Positions 19,707-26,872 of a stretch of 31,537 bases of DNA are shown one piece after another (position 1 is the stretch's first letter; each line of letters begins with the position of its first letter). The stretch covers positions 1 to 31,537 of IMG/VR virus record IMGVR_UViG_3300027419_000076, one strand, 5' to 3'. The DNA is from a virus (taxonomy: Duplodnaviria; Caudoviricetes). The position numbers and the translations under genes were made by a program. The notes under the pieces were generated by a model that searched no databases, had not been told where the DNA came from, and worked only from the letters and a program-made list of their open reading frames with translations.

Positions 19707-19982
19707 TTAAAACATTTTACTAAAGATTTCATCAATCTTTTTATCAAGCATTTCGTTTATCTTATCATTAATTTTCTTTTCAATCTTTTCTGATAAAGAA
19801 CCTGGCTTAATTTCATTTGGAACATTAACTTTATTATCTTCTTTTTCTAAGTCAGCCATATTGAATACTTTCTTTTTTTCAATGATATGACCTTTAATTC
19901 CACTTAGCTTATTTCCATCAATATCTATTACTTCACTTATTTTATGTAGGTTTGAAGCGACACCTATTTTTGGCTTGTTCAT
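19707..19982 (-). CDS. hypothetical protein downstream of capsid
   Basis: ATG at 19982 (MNKPKIG); upstream part of the track ORF overlaps a structured leader. Confidence 0.6.
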   Translation of the reverse strand: MNKPKIGVASNLHKISEVIDIDGNKLSGIKGHIIEKKKVFNMADLEKEDNKVNVPNEIKPGSLSEKIEKKINDKINEMLDKKIDEIFSKMF

Positions 19983-20038
19983 ATTGTTTCCAATCCATTG
20001 GGGGTAATCGGATTGGACTGATACCCCCAAGGAACAAT
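19983..20038 (-). promoter_or_regulatory. interleaved-stem (pseudoknot/switch) RNA element
   Basis: Perfect 9-bp and 8-bp stems in A-B-A'-B' order directly before ATG. Confidence 0.6.
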
Positions 20039-20063
20039 TAAATTAATTAATCATTAACTAGAA

Positions 20064-20981
20064 CTAGGCTTTTGTTGCGTGTGTTAAGATTCTTACAGCA
20101 GCAGCATCTCTGTTTTCAACAACACCATAGGCGATGTCAGAAACAACAAGAGTTCCAACGTAAGGTAATTCGTAACTAGCTTGAGTTCTAATACCATTAG
20201 CACCAACGAAAGCACCCATAGAACCACCAGCTCCAAGAGCTAAAGTAGCAAAGTGAATAGCATCCTTGTGAGCTAATACATTAACACGACCATTAGTAGA
20301 CGAAACGTAAGGAACACTTACAGAAACGTGAATTGGTAAGCCATATAATGTGTATTTTGGCTTTTTACCTGTTGGGTCATTAACCGGAGAGTTTTGAGCT
20401 AGAGAGAATTTATCTAAAGCTTGAACTTGTCTCCAGAAAGTCATAGGATGGAAAATAAACGCAACGTCACCGTTGTATAAATTACCCTTAATGTTACTTT
20501 CTAATGTAGCAATAGCATTTAAGATATCACTATCAGCTAAGTTAGTTGTTGATGCTCCAACAGAGTTAGAGAAACCAATAAATAAAGCAGCGATAGCAGC
20601 TTCTAATACGGATGCGATTGTGAAAGCAGCATTCTTTGTATAACGTTCTACTAAGTTCCAACTTCTCTTAATTTGAGCAGCTTCTCTGTCTTCAATTAAG
20701 AATGAGCATTCATACCAAGTGTCAACGTTTAGAGTTACATTTGTATCTGTATTAGCGTTTAATGTAACTTGAGAACCGTTAACTTTAACATTAGCACTCA
20801 TTTCGGTAATGTTTGGTGTGTAAATTTCGTTACCACCGTCTGATAATTCTTCACTTCTATCTGTGAAGAAGTCAGCTAAGATTAATTCTTCCTTATAGAA
20901 GTCATTAATCATTTTTCCCCAGATTTCTGGTATTTGGTCGGCTAGAGTTGTGCCGGACATATGAGATGTTCCCAATGCCAT
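20064..20981 (-). CDS. major capsid protein (HK97 fold)
   Basis: IPEIW, G..I..P, LYG.PI..S, D..YG; follows scaffold. Confidence 0.88.
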   Translation of the reverse strand: MALGTSHMSGTTLADQIPEIWGKMINDFYKEELILADFFTDRSEELSDGGNEIYTPNITEMSANVKVNGSQVTLNANTDTNVTLNVDTWYECSFLIEDREAAQIKRSWNLVERYTKNAAFTIASVLEAAIAALFIGFSNSVGASTTNLADSDILNAIATLESNIKGNLYNGDVAFIFHPMTFWRQVQALDKFSLAQNSPVNDPTGKKPKYTLYGLPIHVSVSVPYVSSTNGRVNVLAHKDAIHFATLALGAGGSMGAFVGANGIRTQASYELPYVGTLVVSDIAYGVVENRDAAAVRILTHATKA

Positions 20982-21014
20982 AATTTTATAAAGAACTAAT
21001 CAACAATCTTTAAA

Positions 21015-21575
21015 CTATTTCTTACCAAGCCAAGCATTCTTTAAATCATCTTTGGTAGTTTCTTGACCTTCTTTGAAGATTCTACTTCCGCCAGATGGTG
21101 GGAGTTGTGCTTTGTTTTTCTTGGCTTCAATTTCCTTTTGCTCTTTGTGTGATTTAAACAATGGTGATTCAATGGCTTCTGTTAAGTTATTAAGTCCTTT
21201 TAAGTTCTTAATGTCTTTTAGAAGTTCCATTTCTTCATCGGTGTAACCACGAGCAGCCAGTCTTGACATTTCAACAATTTCAGATGAGCTGATTTGTTCC
21301 GAGTTAATATTTTTCTTAGATTCAGGTTGTTTTTCTTTCTTTTCTTCCGGTTTCTTTACTTCCGGTTCAGGCTTAACCTGTGTAGCCTTTTTCTTCCAAT
21401 GAGCTTTTTGAGCCATAGCAGTTTTAAGTGCTTTCTTAGCTTCAGCAGCATCATCTGTATCCCATTCAGACTCTGGTTTTTCATACCAAGGTGTGTTTGA
21501 ATAGTCAACATCTTTTTCAAGTTCTTCTTCGTTTTCAACGATAGGTTCTTCAACCTTAATTTCATCTTCTTCCAT
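21015..21575 (-). CDS. capsid scaffolding protein
   Basis: Acidic N-terminus, helical, between portal and capsid. Confidence 0.7.
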   Translation of the reverse strand: MEEDEIKVEEPIVENEEELEKDVDYSNTPWYEKPESEWDTDDAAEAKKALKTAMAQKAHWKKKATQVKPEPEVKKPEEKKEKQPESKKNINSEQISSSEIVEMSRLAARGYTDEEMELLKDIKNLKGLNNLTEAIESPLFKSHKEQKEIEAKKNKAQLPPSGGSRIFKEGQETTKDDLKNAWLGKK

Positions 21576-21591
21576 AGAATTTCTTCTTAGT

Positions 21592-21706
21592 AGGCGTTTA
21601 GTGCCTGTTAGTTTATAAGTCTTTTTTAAGCCTTTAGTGGCATCGCCTATAAGTGGGCTAATCTGTGGGAGCTGATGAGTTGAACATCAGACTATACCAT
21701 TCTCCC
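21592..21706 (-). promoter_or_regulatory. structured scaffold leader: T-loop mini-helix plus two ACUAAA-loop hairpins
   Basis: GGGAG..CTGATG-TTCAACT-CATCAG-CTCCC; GCC-ACTAAA-GGC; AGGC-ACTAAAC-GCCT. Confidence 0.55.
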
Positions 21707-21933
21707 TACTTCCAGCTCTTATTTTCCTTGACTTCTGGAATTGCTTGTGCTTCAAATTTCTTGAAGGCTTTGAGTAACTTTTCTATTGCTATTTGACTTG
21801 CTCTAACTTCTAATGCTATACCGGCTGTTGTATTTGATTTGATATCTAGTGGTCTAGTAACAAATTCTTCTATCATCATCTTCTTGAACTCTGGATAATC
21901 TGTTTTAGTTATGAAGTTTAATATATTCATCAT
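21706..21933 (-). CDS. small head-module protein
   Basis: 75 aa between portal and scaffold. Confidence 0.7.
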   Translation of the reverse strand: MMNILNFITKTDYPEFKKMMIEEFVTRPLDIKSNTTAGIALEVRASQIAIEKLLKAFKKFEAQAIPEVKENKSWK

Positions 21934-21934
21934 A

Positions 21935-23635
21935 TTACTTTAATTGTTGTGCTTGTGTCAGTAACTTATCTGGCTGTCTTGGTTCAGGCATTGTTCCTGC
22001 TCCACCTTGAGCTGCTTGTTGTAGCTCTTGCTTTTGTGATGGTGTCATCTTTTGTGGACTGATACCATTGTTTTCCAAGTATTGCTTGAATAAAGGAATA
22101 TCACCTAATGTTGGATTAGCTCCAATCATTTGTAAAGCATTGAAGTAAGCATCATTTTGAGCAGACTTATCTACGCTTTCATCAGTAGCCATCATCTTGA
22201 ATCCCCATTTGAAGTTGAAGAATCCATCTTCTAACTCTATTCTACGACCAACCTTCTTTAAGTTTTCTTGAACGTTACCGGTAATCTCTGCTTCTAGTTC
22301 AGGAGTGATTACGTTTCCTTCTAATAATGCTTGACGTTTTGACCATTCAACTACCGCCTTATCATATGCTTCTACATCTTCATCATCTTCAGACATTTCA
22401 ATCATCTTTTCTCTTGACCATTGTTTTACTAATGGTGGGAAGATGTCTTTTAATAGGAAGTTAGCAATCTTTTCAAATAAGTCTTGACGATAGTTCTTGA
22501 AAGCTGTAACTGCTCCGGCATTAACTACTGCGATACCACGAAATGTAGTATTAGATGGACTTGATTCACCTTGAACGATTTCAGGTGTTAAACAAATCTT
22601 ATCAGCTTGAAGATTAATCATATTCATTTCTTGAATGAATTGTCCTAATCCAGCGTTTTGAATAGCTATTTGTTGTAAAGATTCATCACCAATGATTTGA
22701 CCATTGATTGCTTGTTCTAATACGTTACCAGTGATATCTGCGTTATTACTCTTTAATAGTAATAGAGAAGATATTTCAGTAACAGCAGCGTTTTGATTAA
22801 CTAATTGATTTGCTCTTTCTTGTAAGTCAAATAATCTTTCAACTACTCCCATTCTTAACCATCTACCACGATATCTTCCTAAATGGAAGTCTAGATAAGG
22901 ACAATCATCTTCTTCTAGTTCTTCTTCCCATAGGATTATTTCATCATCTCCGTATCCGTGACCTATACAATGTTTATAAATAGGCTTTTCATCTTCCTTG
23001 TCTTGCCAGTATCCTGTAAACTCCCAAACTTCAAATCTCTTTGCTTTCTTATTCTTTTTAAATACTTCTAAAATATTATCCCAAGCACCATCTTTTTCCC
23101 ATAGGTCGTGAATTGTAAGGTCGTGTAGTTCTACAATGTCAGTATCTTCAATCCATTCAATCGCTTGGTCAAAGTATAAGTTATCTAATCTTGATTCCTT
23201 AACACACATCTTGCCATCTTCTTTGTATTTCTTCCAGACAGTTGAACCATAAGTTGATTCTCCTTCTGCTGTATCATTTAATGTTCTGTAAAACTGTTCA
23301 TCATCAAACCATTTTCTTACTTTCTTTCTTAACGCCCAGGCTTGTAAGAAGTTATGTTGACCCATCCCATAAGGATAGAAGTCTTTTGTATCCGGACTGA
23401 TTAACTTAGCAAAGTGAGTGATACGTGGATTACTAATATTCCAGAAGATAGCATCATCATCACGTTCTGTGTATCTGTTATTGATATAGAAGTTAATCTT
23501 TCTTAATGTTTCACGTTGATTAAACAGAATAGGCTGAATGCTATTAGCCCCCTTTCCTTCTACAAGTTCCAAATAAGAGTTCTTACTGTCATCAATTATT
23601 TGTTTAACCTTTTCACTTATGTTTTTATATTCCAT
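21935..23635 (-). CDS. portal protein
   Basis: 566 aa directly after TerL; YG..VWK, G.VE.L.D.Q...N, Gln-rich tail. Confidence 0.82.
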   Translation of the reverse strand: MEYKNISEKVKQIIDDSKNSYLELVEGKGANSIQPILFNQRETLRKINFYINNRYTERDDDAIFWNISNPRITHFAKLISPDTKDFYPYGMGQHNFLQAWALRKKVRKWFDDEQFYRTLNDTAEGESTYGSTVWKKYKEDGKMCVKESRLDNLYFDQAIEWIEDTDIVELHDLTIHDLWEKDGAWDNILEVFKKNKKAKRFEVWEFTGYWQDKEDEKPIYKHCIGHGYGDDEIILWEEELEEDDCPYLDFHLGRYRGRWLRMGVVERLFDLQERANQLVNQNAAVTEISSLLLLKSNNADITGNVLEQAINGQIIGDESLQQIAIQNAGLGQFIQEMNMINLQADKICLTPEIVQGESSPSNTTFRGIAVVNAGAVTAFKNYRQDLFEKIANFLLKDIFPPLVKQWSREKMIEMSEDDEDVEAYDKAVVEWSKRQALLEGNVITPELEAEITGNVQENLKKVGRRIELEDGFFNFKWGFKMMATDESVDKSAQNDAYFNALQMIGANPTLGDIPLFKQYLENNGISPQKMTPSQKQELQQAAQGGAGTMPEPRQPDKLLTQAQQLK

Positions 23636-23640
23636 ATTGA

Positions 23641-24810
23641 TTATCTGAAACCAACTTTACTTGGCATTGAATTAAATATATTGTTTACCTTTGGCTTCAT
23701 TGAGTCAAAAGCATATCTGATAGCATCCATTGAATGGTCAAATCCAGCTTCAGGAACGTTTAATATCTTACCATCCTTATCAGTCATCCAAAGAAAGTTC
23801 TTATATTCTCTAATGACGTTATATGACCTTTTAGTCATACTGATACGTTGGTCTTGAACGTATTGAATACCTTGATTGATACTATCTTTTCCTTTTACAC
23901 AAGGAATGATGTTTATGCCATAGCTCTTGATTTCATCTATACTCTTAGGCTCTGCTGAATCTGCTATAACTAAACATCTATCTACATTTTTTAAAATATC
24001 CGCTATTTGTTTATTACTTAATCCTTTTTGATAAGTAATCTCATCTATGATATAACCACCATTGTATTGATATAATGCTACAATAGAAGTTGGGTCATTA
24101 CTATATCCGAAATCTAATCCATATCTAACTAATTTTGCTTCGTGTGGGAGTTCATCAATAATCTGCCAATCTTTATAAATCTTACCTTCAACTTCTCCCA
24201 ATAATCCTAATCCGTAAACTTGCCACCATCTCTTATTAGGCTTACGTGCTTCAATAGAGCTTACAATCTCCGGACTTAATGCTTCGTTGTCTAAGTATGT
24301 CAATGTGATAAACTCAACGTCTTCTCTCTTTCCTAAAATATCAGTATAGAAATAGAACTCATTAGATGGATTCCAATCAAGGAATACAAACTCTTTTGTT
24401 CTAACTTCTAATTGGTCAAAGGCATCTAGTGTCGTGTTGTTCGCTTCGTTTATAAACAAACGGTCACGTCTTGAACCCCTTAACTTATCCCCATTATCAG
24501 TTGAAAAGAACTCTATCTTACTTCCTGTTTCAAACGTATAGATTGAATCAGATATATTCCATCTCTTATCATCCCAATATCCTTGTTCTTTCATTATGTT
24601 TTGAAAGTCACGGATAGCTCCACGTTTTAAATGGGGGATTGATTCAGAAACTACACTTGTTAATGTTGGTTTAATATCTCTTTGTGCTCTATCTATTAAA
24701 TAACATAGAATTGATATAGTCTTTGATGCTGAAGTTCCACCGGCAACAGCTCTAATCTTCTTTGTTAGTGCTATTACCTTCTTTGTTGCTGTCGTTATCG
24801 AAAATGCCAT
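23641..24810 (-). CDS. terL: terminase large subunit (PBSX-like)
   Basis: GGTSASKT Walker A, LFINEAN Walker B, GLDFGYSNDP, DSAEPKSI, DHSMDAIRY. Confidence 0.95.
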   Translation of the reverse strand: MAFSITTATKKVIALTKKIRAVAGGTSASKTISILCYLIDRAQRDIKPTLTSVVSESIPHLKRGAIRDFQNIMKEQGYWDDKRWNISDSIYTFETGSKIEFFSTDNGDKLRGSRRDRLFINEANNTTLDAFDQLEVRTKEFVFLDWNPSNEFYFYTDILGKREDVEFITLTYLDNEALSPEIVSSIEARKPNKRWWQVYGLGLLGEVEGKIYKDWQIIDELPHEAKLVRYGLDFGYSNDPTSIVALYQYNGGYIIDEITYQKGLSNKQIADILKNVDRCLVIADSAEPKSIDEIKSYGINIIPCVKGKDSINQGIQYVQDQRISMTKRSYNVIREYKNFLWMTDKDGKILNVPEAGFDHSMDAIRYAFDSMKPKVNNIFNSMPSKVGFR

Positions 24811-25273
24811 ATAATAGTGGTTGTGGTAATTGTTTACCGTCAGACGTTACGTCAATGTTATTTACTGATTTACCAAATACTCTATCAAATAAACTATCTA
24901 ATGCTCTATTGTCTGGTCTTTCAGTTGTGATGAAATAGTATTCATTAGTATTATCATCTAATTCACCGGCTAGATATTTTTCAATAGTTTCTTGGTCTGT
25001 TATCAATCTAGGTTTCTTATTAGCACCCTTTTCAGTCTTCTCAATAACATATAGCATTTGAACTCCTTGTGCTAGATTCATTTGGGAGCTGATAAGTTTG
25101 TTAGCACTTCTTAAAACTCTTTGCTTAAATTCTTCTTCAACTACCCTTTTCTTTCTTGTTTCTTCATTCTCTGAACCACGTGGTCTTCCAGCATTAGGTC
25201 TAGCTCCACCCCAAGTGCTGTTTGAAATATCTTTCAAGGTTTCATCTTCAGTTGTATCCTTATCTTCTTCCAT
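24752..25273 (-). CDS. terS: terminase small subunit (putative)
   Basis: GGARPNAGRPRG motif, DRVFGK...IDVTSDG; immediately upstream of TerL. Confidence 0.7.
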   Translation of the reverse strand: MEEDKDTTEDETLKDISNSTWGGARPNAGRPRGSENEETRKKRVVEEEFKQRVLRSANKLISSQMNLAQGVQMLYVIEKTEKGANKKPRLITDQETIEKYLAGELDDNTNEYYFITTERPDNRALDSLFDRVFGKSVNNIDVTSDGKQLPQPLLYGIFDNDSNKEGNSTNKED

Positions 25274-25287
25274 ATTTAATCTAATAT

Positions 25288-25443
25288 TTAATCATTTGGT
25301 AACCATCCAGTTAATCTTTTAGCACACTCATCACAAATTGATTCAGTAATAGTCTTATCACAACTAATACATCTACATTGTGCGATAACTTTACCACATT
25401 CTTTACAAACTATTTTACCGTGATTAGTTAGTCTATCCATCAT
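25288..25443 (-). CDS. Cys-rich Zn-binding microprotein (51 aa)
   Basis: Manual ORF with CKEC, CRCISC, CDEC. Confidence 0.65.
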   Translation of the reverse strand: MMDRLTNHGKIVCKECGKVIAQCRCISCDKTITESICDECAKRLTGWLPND

Positions 25444-25444
25444 A

Positions 25445-25618
25445 TTATTCTTTTACTATAAATCCAATTTCATTATCCTTTTTATAATCATCATCTACCC
25501 ATACGTCAAAGACCGGTGCTAACTTATCTTTCTTGATAGCATCGGCTGCTGATTGAGCCATTATATATTTTCTTACTATGAATCTTTTATTAGGATTCTT
25601 CTTTTCTTTATTCATCAT
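25445..25618 (-). CDS. small hypothetical protein (57 aa)
   Basis: Manual ORF MMNKEKKNPNKRFIVRKYIMA...; stop-T-ATG coupling to next gene. Confidence 0.6.
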   Translation of the reverse strand: MMNKEKKNPNKRFIVRKYIMAQSAADAIKKDKLAPVFDVWVDDDYKKDNEIGFIVKE

Positions 25619-25620
25619 TG

Positions 25621-25691
25621 AGCCGAATAGTGGAATCGAACCACTGTCTGATGCTTACAAGGCAACTGTTTTACCACTAAACTAATAAGAC
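25621..25691 (-). tRNA. tRNA-Thr(UGU), degenerate acceptor stem
   Basis: D and T arms canonical, loop CT-TGT-AA; acceptor GTCTTAT/ATTCGGC has two mismatches. Confidence 0.7.
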
Positions 25692-25760
25692 GATTGGGAT
25701 TTCTCCCACGAATAGCTTTCACTATCCCTTCAGCATTCGCTGGTTATATATTGTTGTTTG

Positions 25761-25823
25761 TGGACTATCAGAGAATTGAACTCTGGTCTTTGCTACTAAG
25801 CAAATCGAATGCCTTTATAGCCC
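25761..25823 (-). ncRNA. minimal tmRNA tRNA-like domain (no mRNA-like domain)
   Basis: GGGCTAT/ATAGTCC with G3-U70, A73, stemless D-loop AAAGGCATTCGA, 6-bp hairpin, GAC linker, T-arm CAGAG-TTCAATT-CTCTG. Confidence 0.75.
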
Positions 25824-25929
25824 TTAACTCTACTTTGTTTTCCTTTAGTATCTTAAATACTTTATTCATCTTCCATTTGTATTTAATACTAAGGTTTCTT
25901 TTATGCTTGTTTCTAGATTTGAATTTCAT
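25768..25929 (-). CDS. basic 53-aa ORF ending inside the mini-tmRNA
   Basis: AAT-ATG start context like other genes; TGA overlaps the T-stem 3' end. Confidence 0.4.
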   Translation of the reverse strand: MKFKSRNKHKRNLSIKYKWKMNKVFKILKENKVELRAIKAFDLLSSKDQSSIL

Positions 25930-26037
25930 ATTTAACCGGACATAAAAGTTAATTGTTAGCTTTACCTTGATACGGTGTAGATGGAGCTGGTCAAGCATTC
26001 GTCATCTTTCTCTTTAGCATTTCATATTTTCTTGGTG

Positions 26038-26110
26038 TGGACAATGTGGGAATCGAACCCACCCAAATTCATCGCAAATGATTTTCGCCTACCTTGGAAC
26101 ATTATCGCCC
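26038..26110 (-). tRNA. tRNA-Ala(UGC), atypical D-arm
   Basis: GGGCGAT/ATTGTCC with G3-U70, loop TT-TGC-GA, T-loop TTCGATT. Confidence 0.75.
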
Positions 26111-26124
26111 ATTATTTACTAACG

Positions 26125-26200
26125 TCTTACCAATTAGTTACTAGACGAAGATGTCTATCTAGCCATTCATCGCATCTCCTCTGAATGAAAATTAGTAAGA
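26125..26200 (-). ncRNA. three-way-junction RNA with kissing loops
   Basis: P1 10 bp, P2 6 bp, P3 6 bp; loops GGAGAUG/CAUCUUC complementary. Confidence 0.6.
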
Positions 26201-26217
26201 AGTCAACAAACAATTTG

Positions 26218-26289
26218 ACATCCGTGTTGGAATCGAACCAACGCATCTCTGTTTTGCGGACAGCAGCGTTTCCACTTCGCCAACGGATG
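26218..26289 (-). tRNA. tRNA-Cys(GCA)
   Basis: CATCCGT/ACGGATG, U73, loop CC-GCA-AA. Confidence 0.85.
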
Positions 26290-26302
26290 ATTTTAAACTA
26301 TG

Positions 26303-26373
26303 TCTACGATGAAGGAGTCGAACCTTCCCCACGTGAATCCAAATCACGCACGCTACCGCAACGCTTATCATAG
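26303..26373 (-). tRNA. tRNA-Pro(UGG)
   Basis: CTATGAT/ATCGTAG, CGTGA-TTTGGAT-TCACG. Confidence 0.82.
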
Positions 26374-26436
26374 AAACAAACAACGTCAATAAATTAACGT
26401 TATCAGGGATTCACTTCTACACGTGGCAGACGAATG

Positions 26437-26507
26437 TTGCTCCGATGGGAATCGAACCCATAACTTCAGCTTATGAGACTGACGAGATGCCTTTTCTCTA
26501 CGTAGCT
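26437..26507 (-). tRNA. tRNA with CAU anticodon (Met/fMet-like; Ile2 not excluded)
   Basis: TCAGT-CTCATAA-GCTGA; 1:72 mismatch as in initiators but lacks three G-C pairs. Confidence 0.8.
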
Positions 26508-26523
26508 ATACTATTATTTTCTA

Positions 26524-26597
26524 TGGGGTGTATAGTGAGAATCGAACTCACGACATTGGAATCACAACCCAAGGTTTTTCCACTAAACTATATACAC
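26524..26597 (-). tRNA. tRNA-His(GUG)
   Basis: GTGTATA/TATACAC, C73, encoded CCA. Confidence 0.9.
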
Positions 26598-26613
26598 ACC
26601 GCAGAAAACAATG

Positions 26614-26694
26614 TGTAAGCAGCTGGATTCGAACCAACGAAGCCGAAGCACCTGGTTTACAGCCAGGCGTATTTGACCGCTTTACTATACTTAC
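26614..26694 (-). tRNA. tRNA-Tyr(GUA)
   Basis: CCTGG-CTGTAAA-CCAGG, long variable arm. Confidence 0.92.
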
Positions 26695-26695
26695 G

Positions 26696-26766
26696 CATAG
26701 GAACTAGGACTTGAACCCAGAATGAACGATTTGGAATCGTTAGTGTTACCATTACACTATCCCTAC
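26696..26766 (-). tRNA. tRNA-Trp(CCA)
   Basis: AACGA-TTCCAAA-TCGTT, G73. Confidence 0.9.
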
Positions 26767-26872
26767 AAAGAGTAAGCAAGGTTACTCCACTAAGAAACCG
26801 CCATTATGGCATTACATTTTTTTTCTAGGTTTCACCTTGCTAATATTTTAATTCAATGAACGCTTTTTAACT

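Noticed and set aside
20031-20066. Capsid stop read-through or frameshift stimulated by the downstream pseudoknot
   Set aside because: Structure is over 30 nt away, a second in-frame TAG follows immediately, and no slippery heptamer is evident
21672-21690. CTGATGAG resembling a hammerhead ribozyme core
   Set aside because: No stem II-GAAA follows; CTGATG is paired in the T-loop hairpin, which reads on the other strand
25955-26010. HDV-like (theta) ribozyme downstream of tRNA-Ala
   Set aside because: Some short pairings (AGAUG/CAUCU, CUUGA/UCAAG) but I could not build P2/P1.1 topology
25761-26035. Permuted two-piece tmRNA
   Set aside because: 5' and 3' TLD halves are in normal order joined by a short hairpin; no separate coding piece with a tag-like ORF found
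25694-26389. Track ORFs 25694..25945, 25981..26184, 26185..26373, 26192..26389
   Set aside because: Overlap or are antisense to tRNA/ncRNA genes; no coding features
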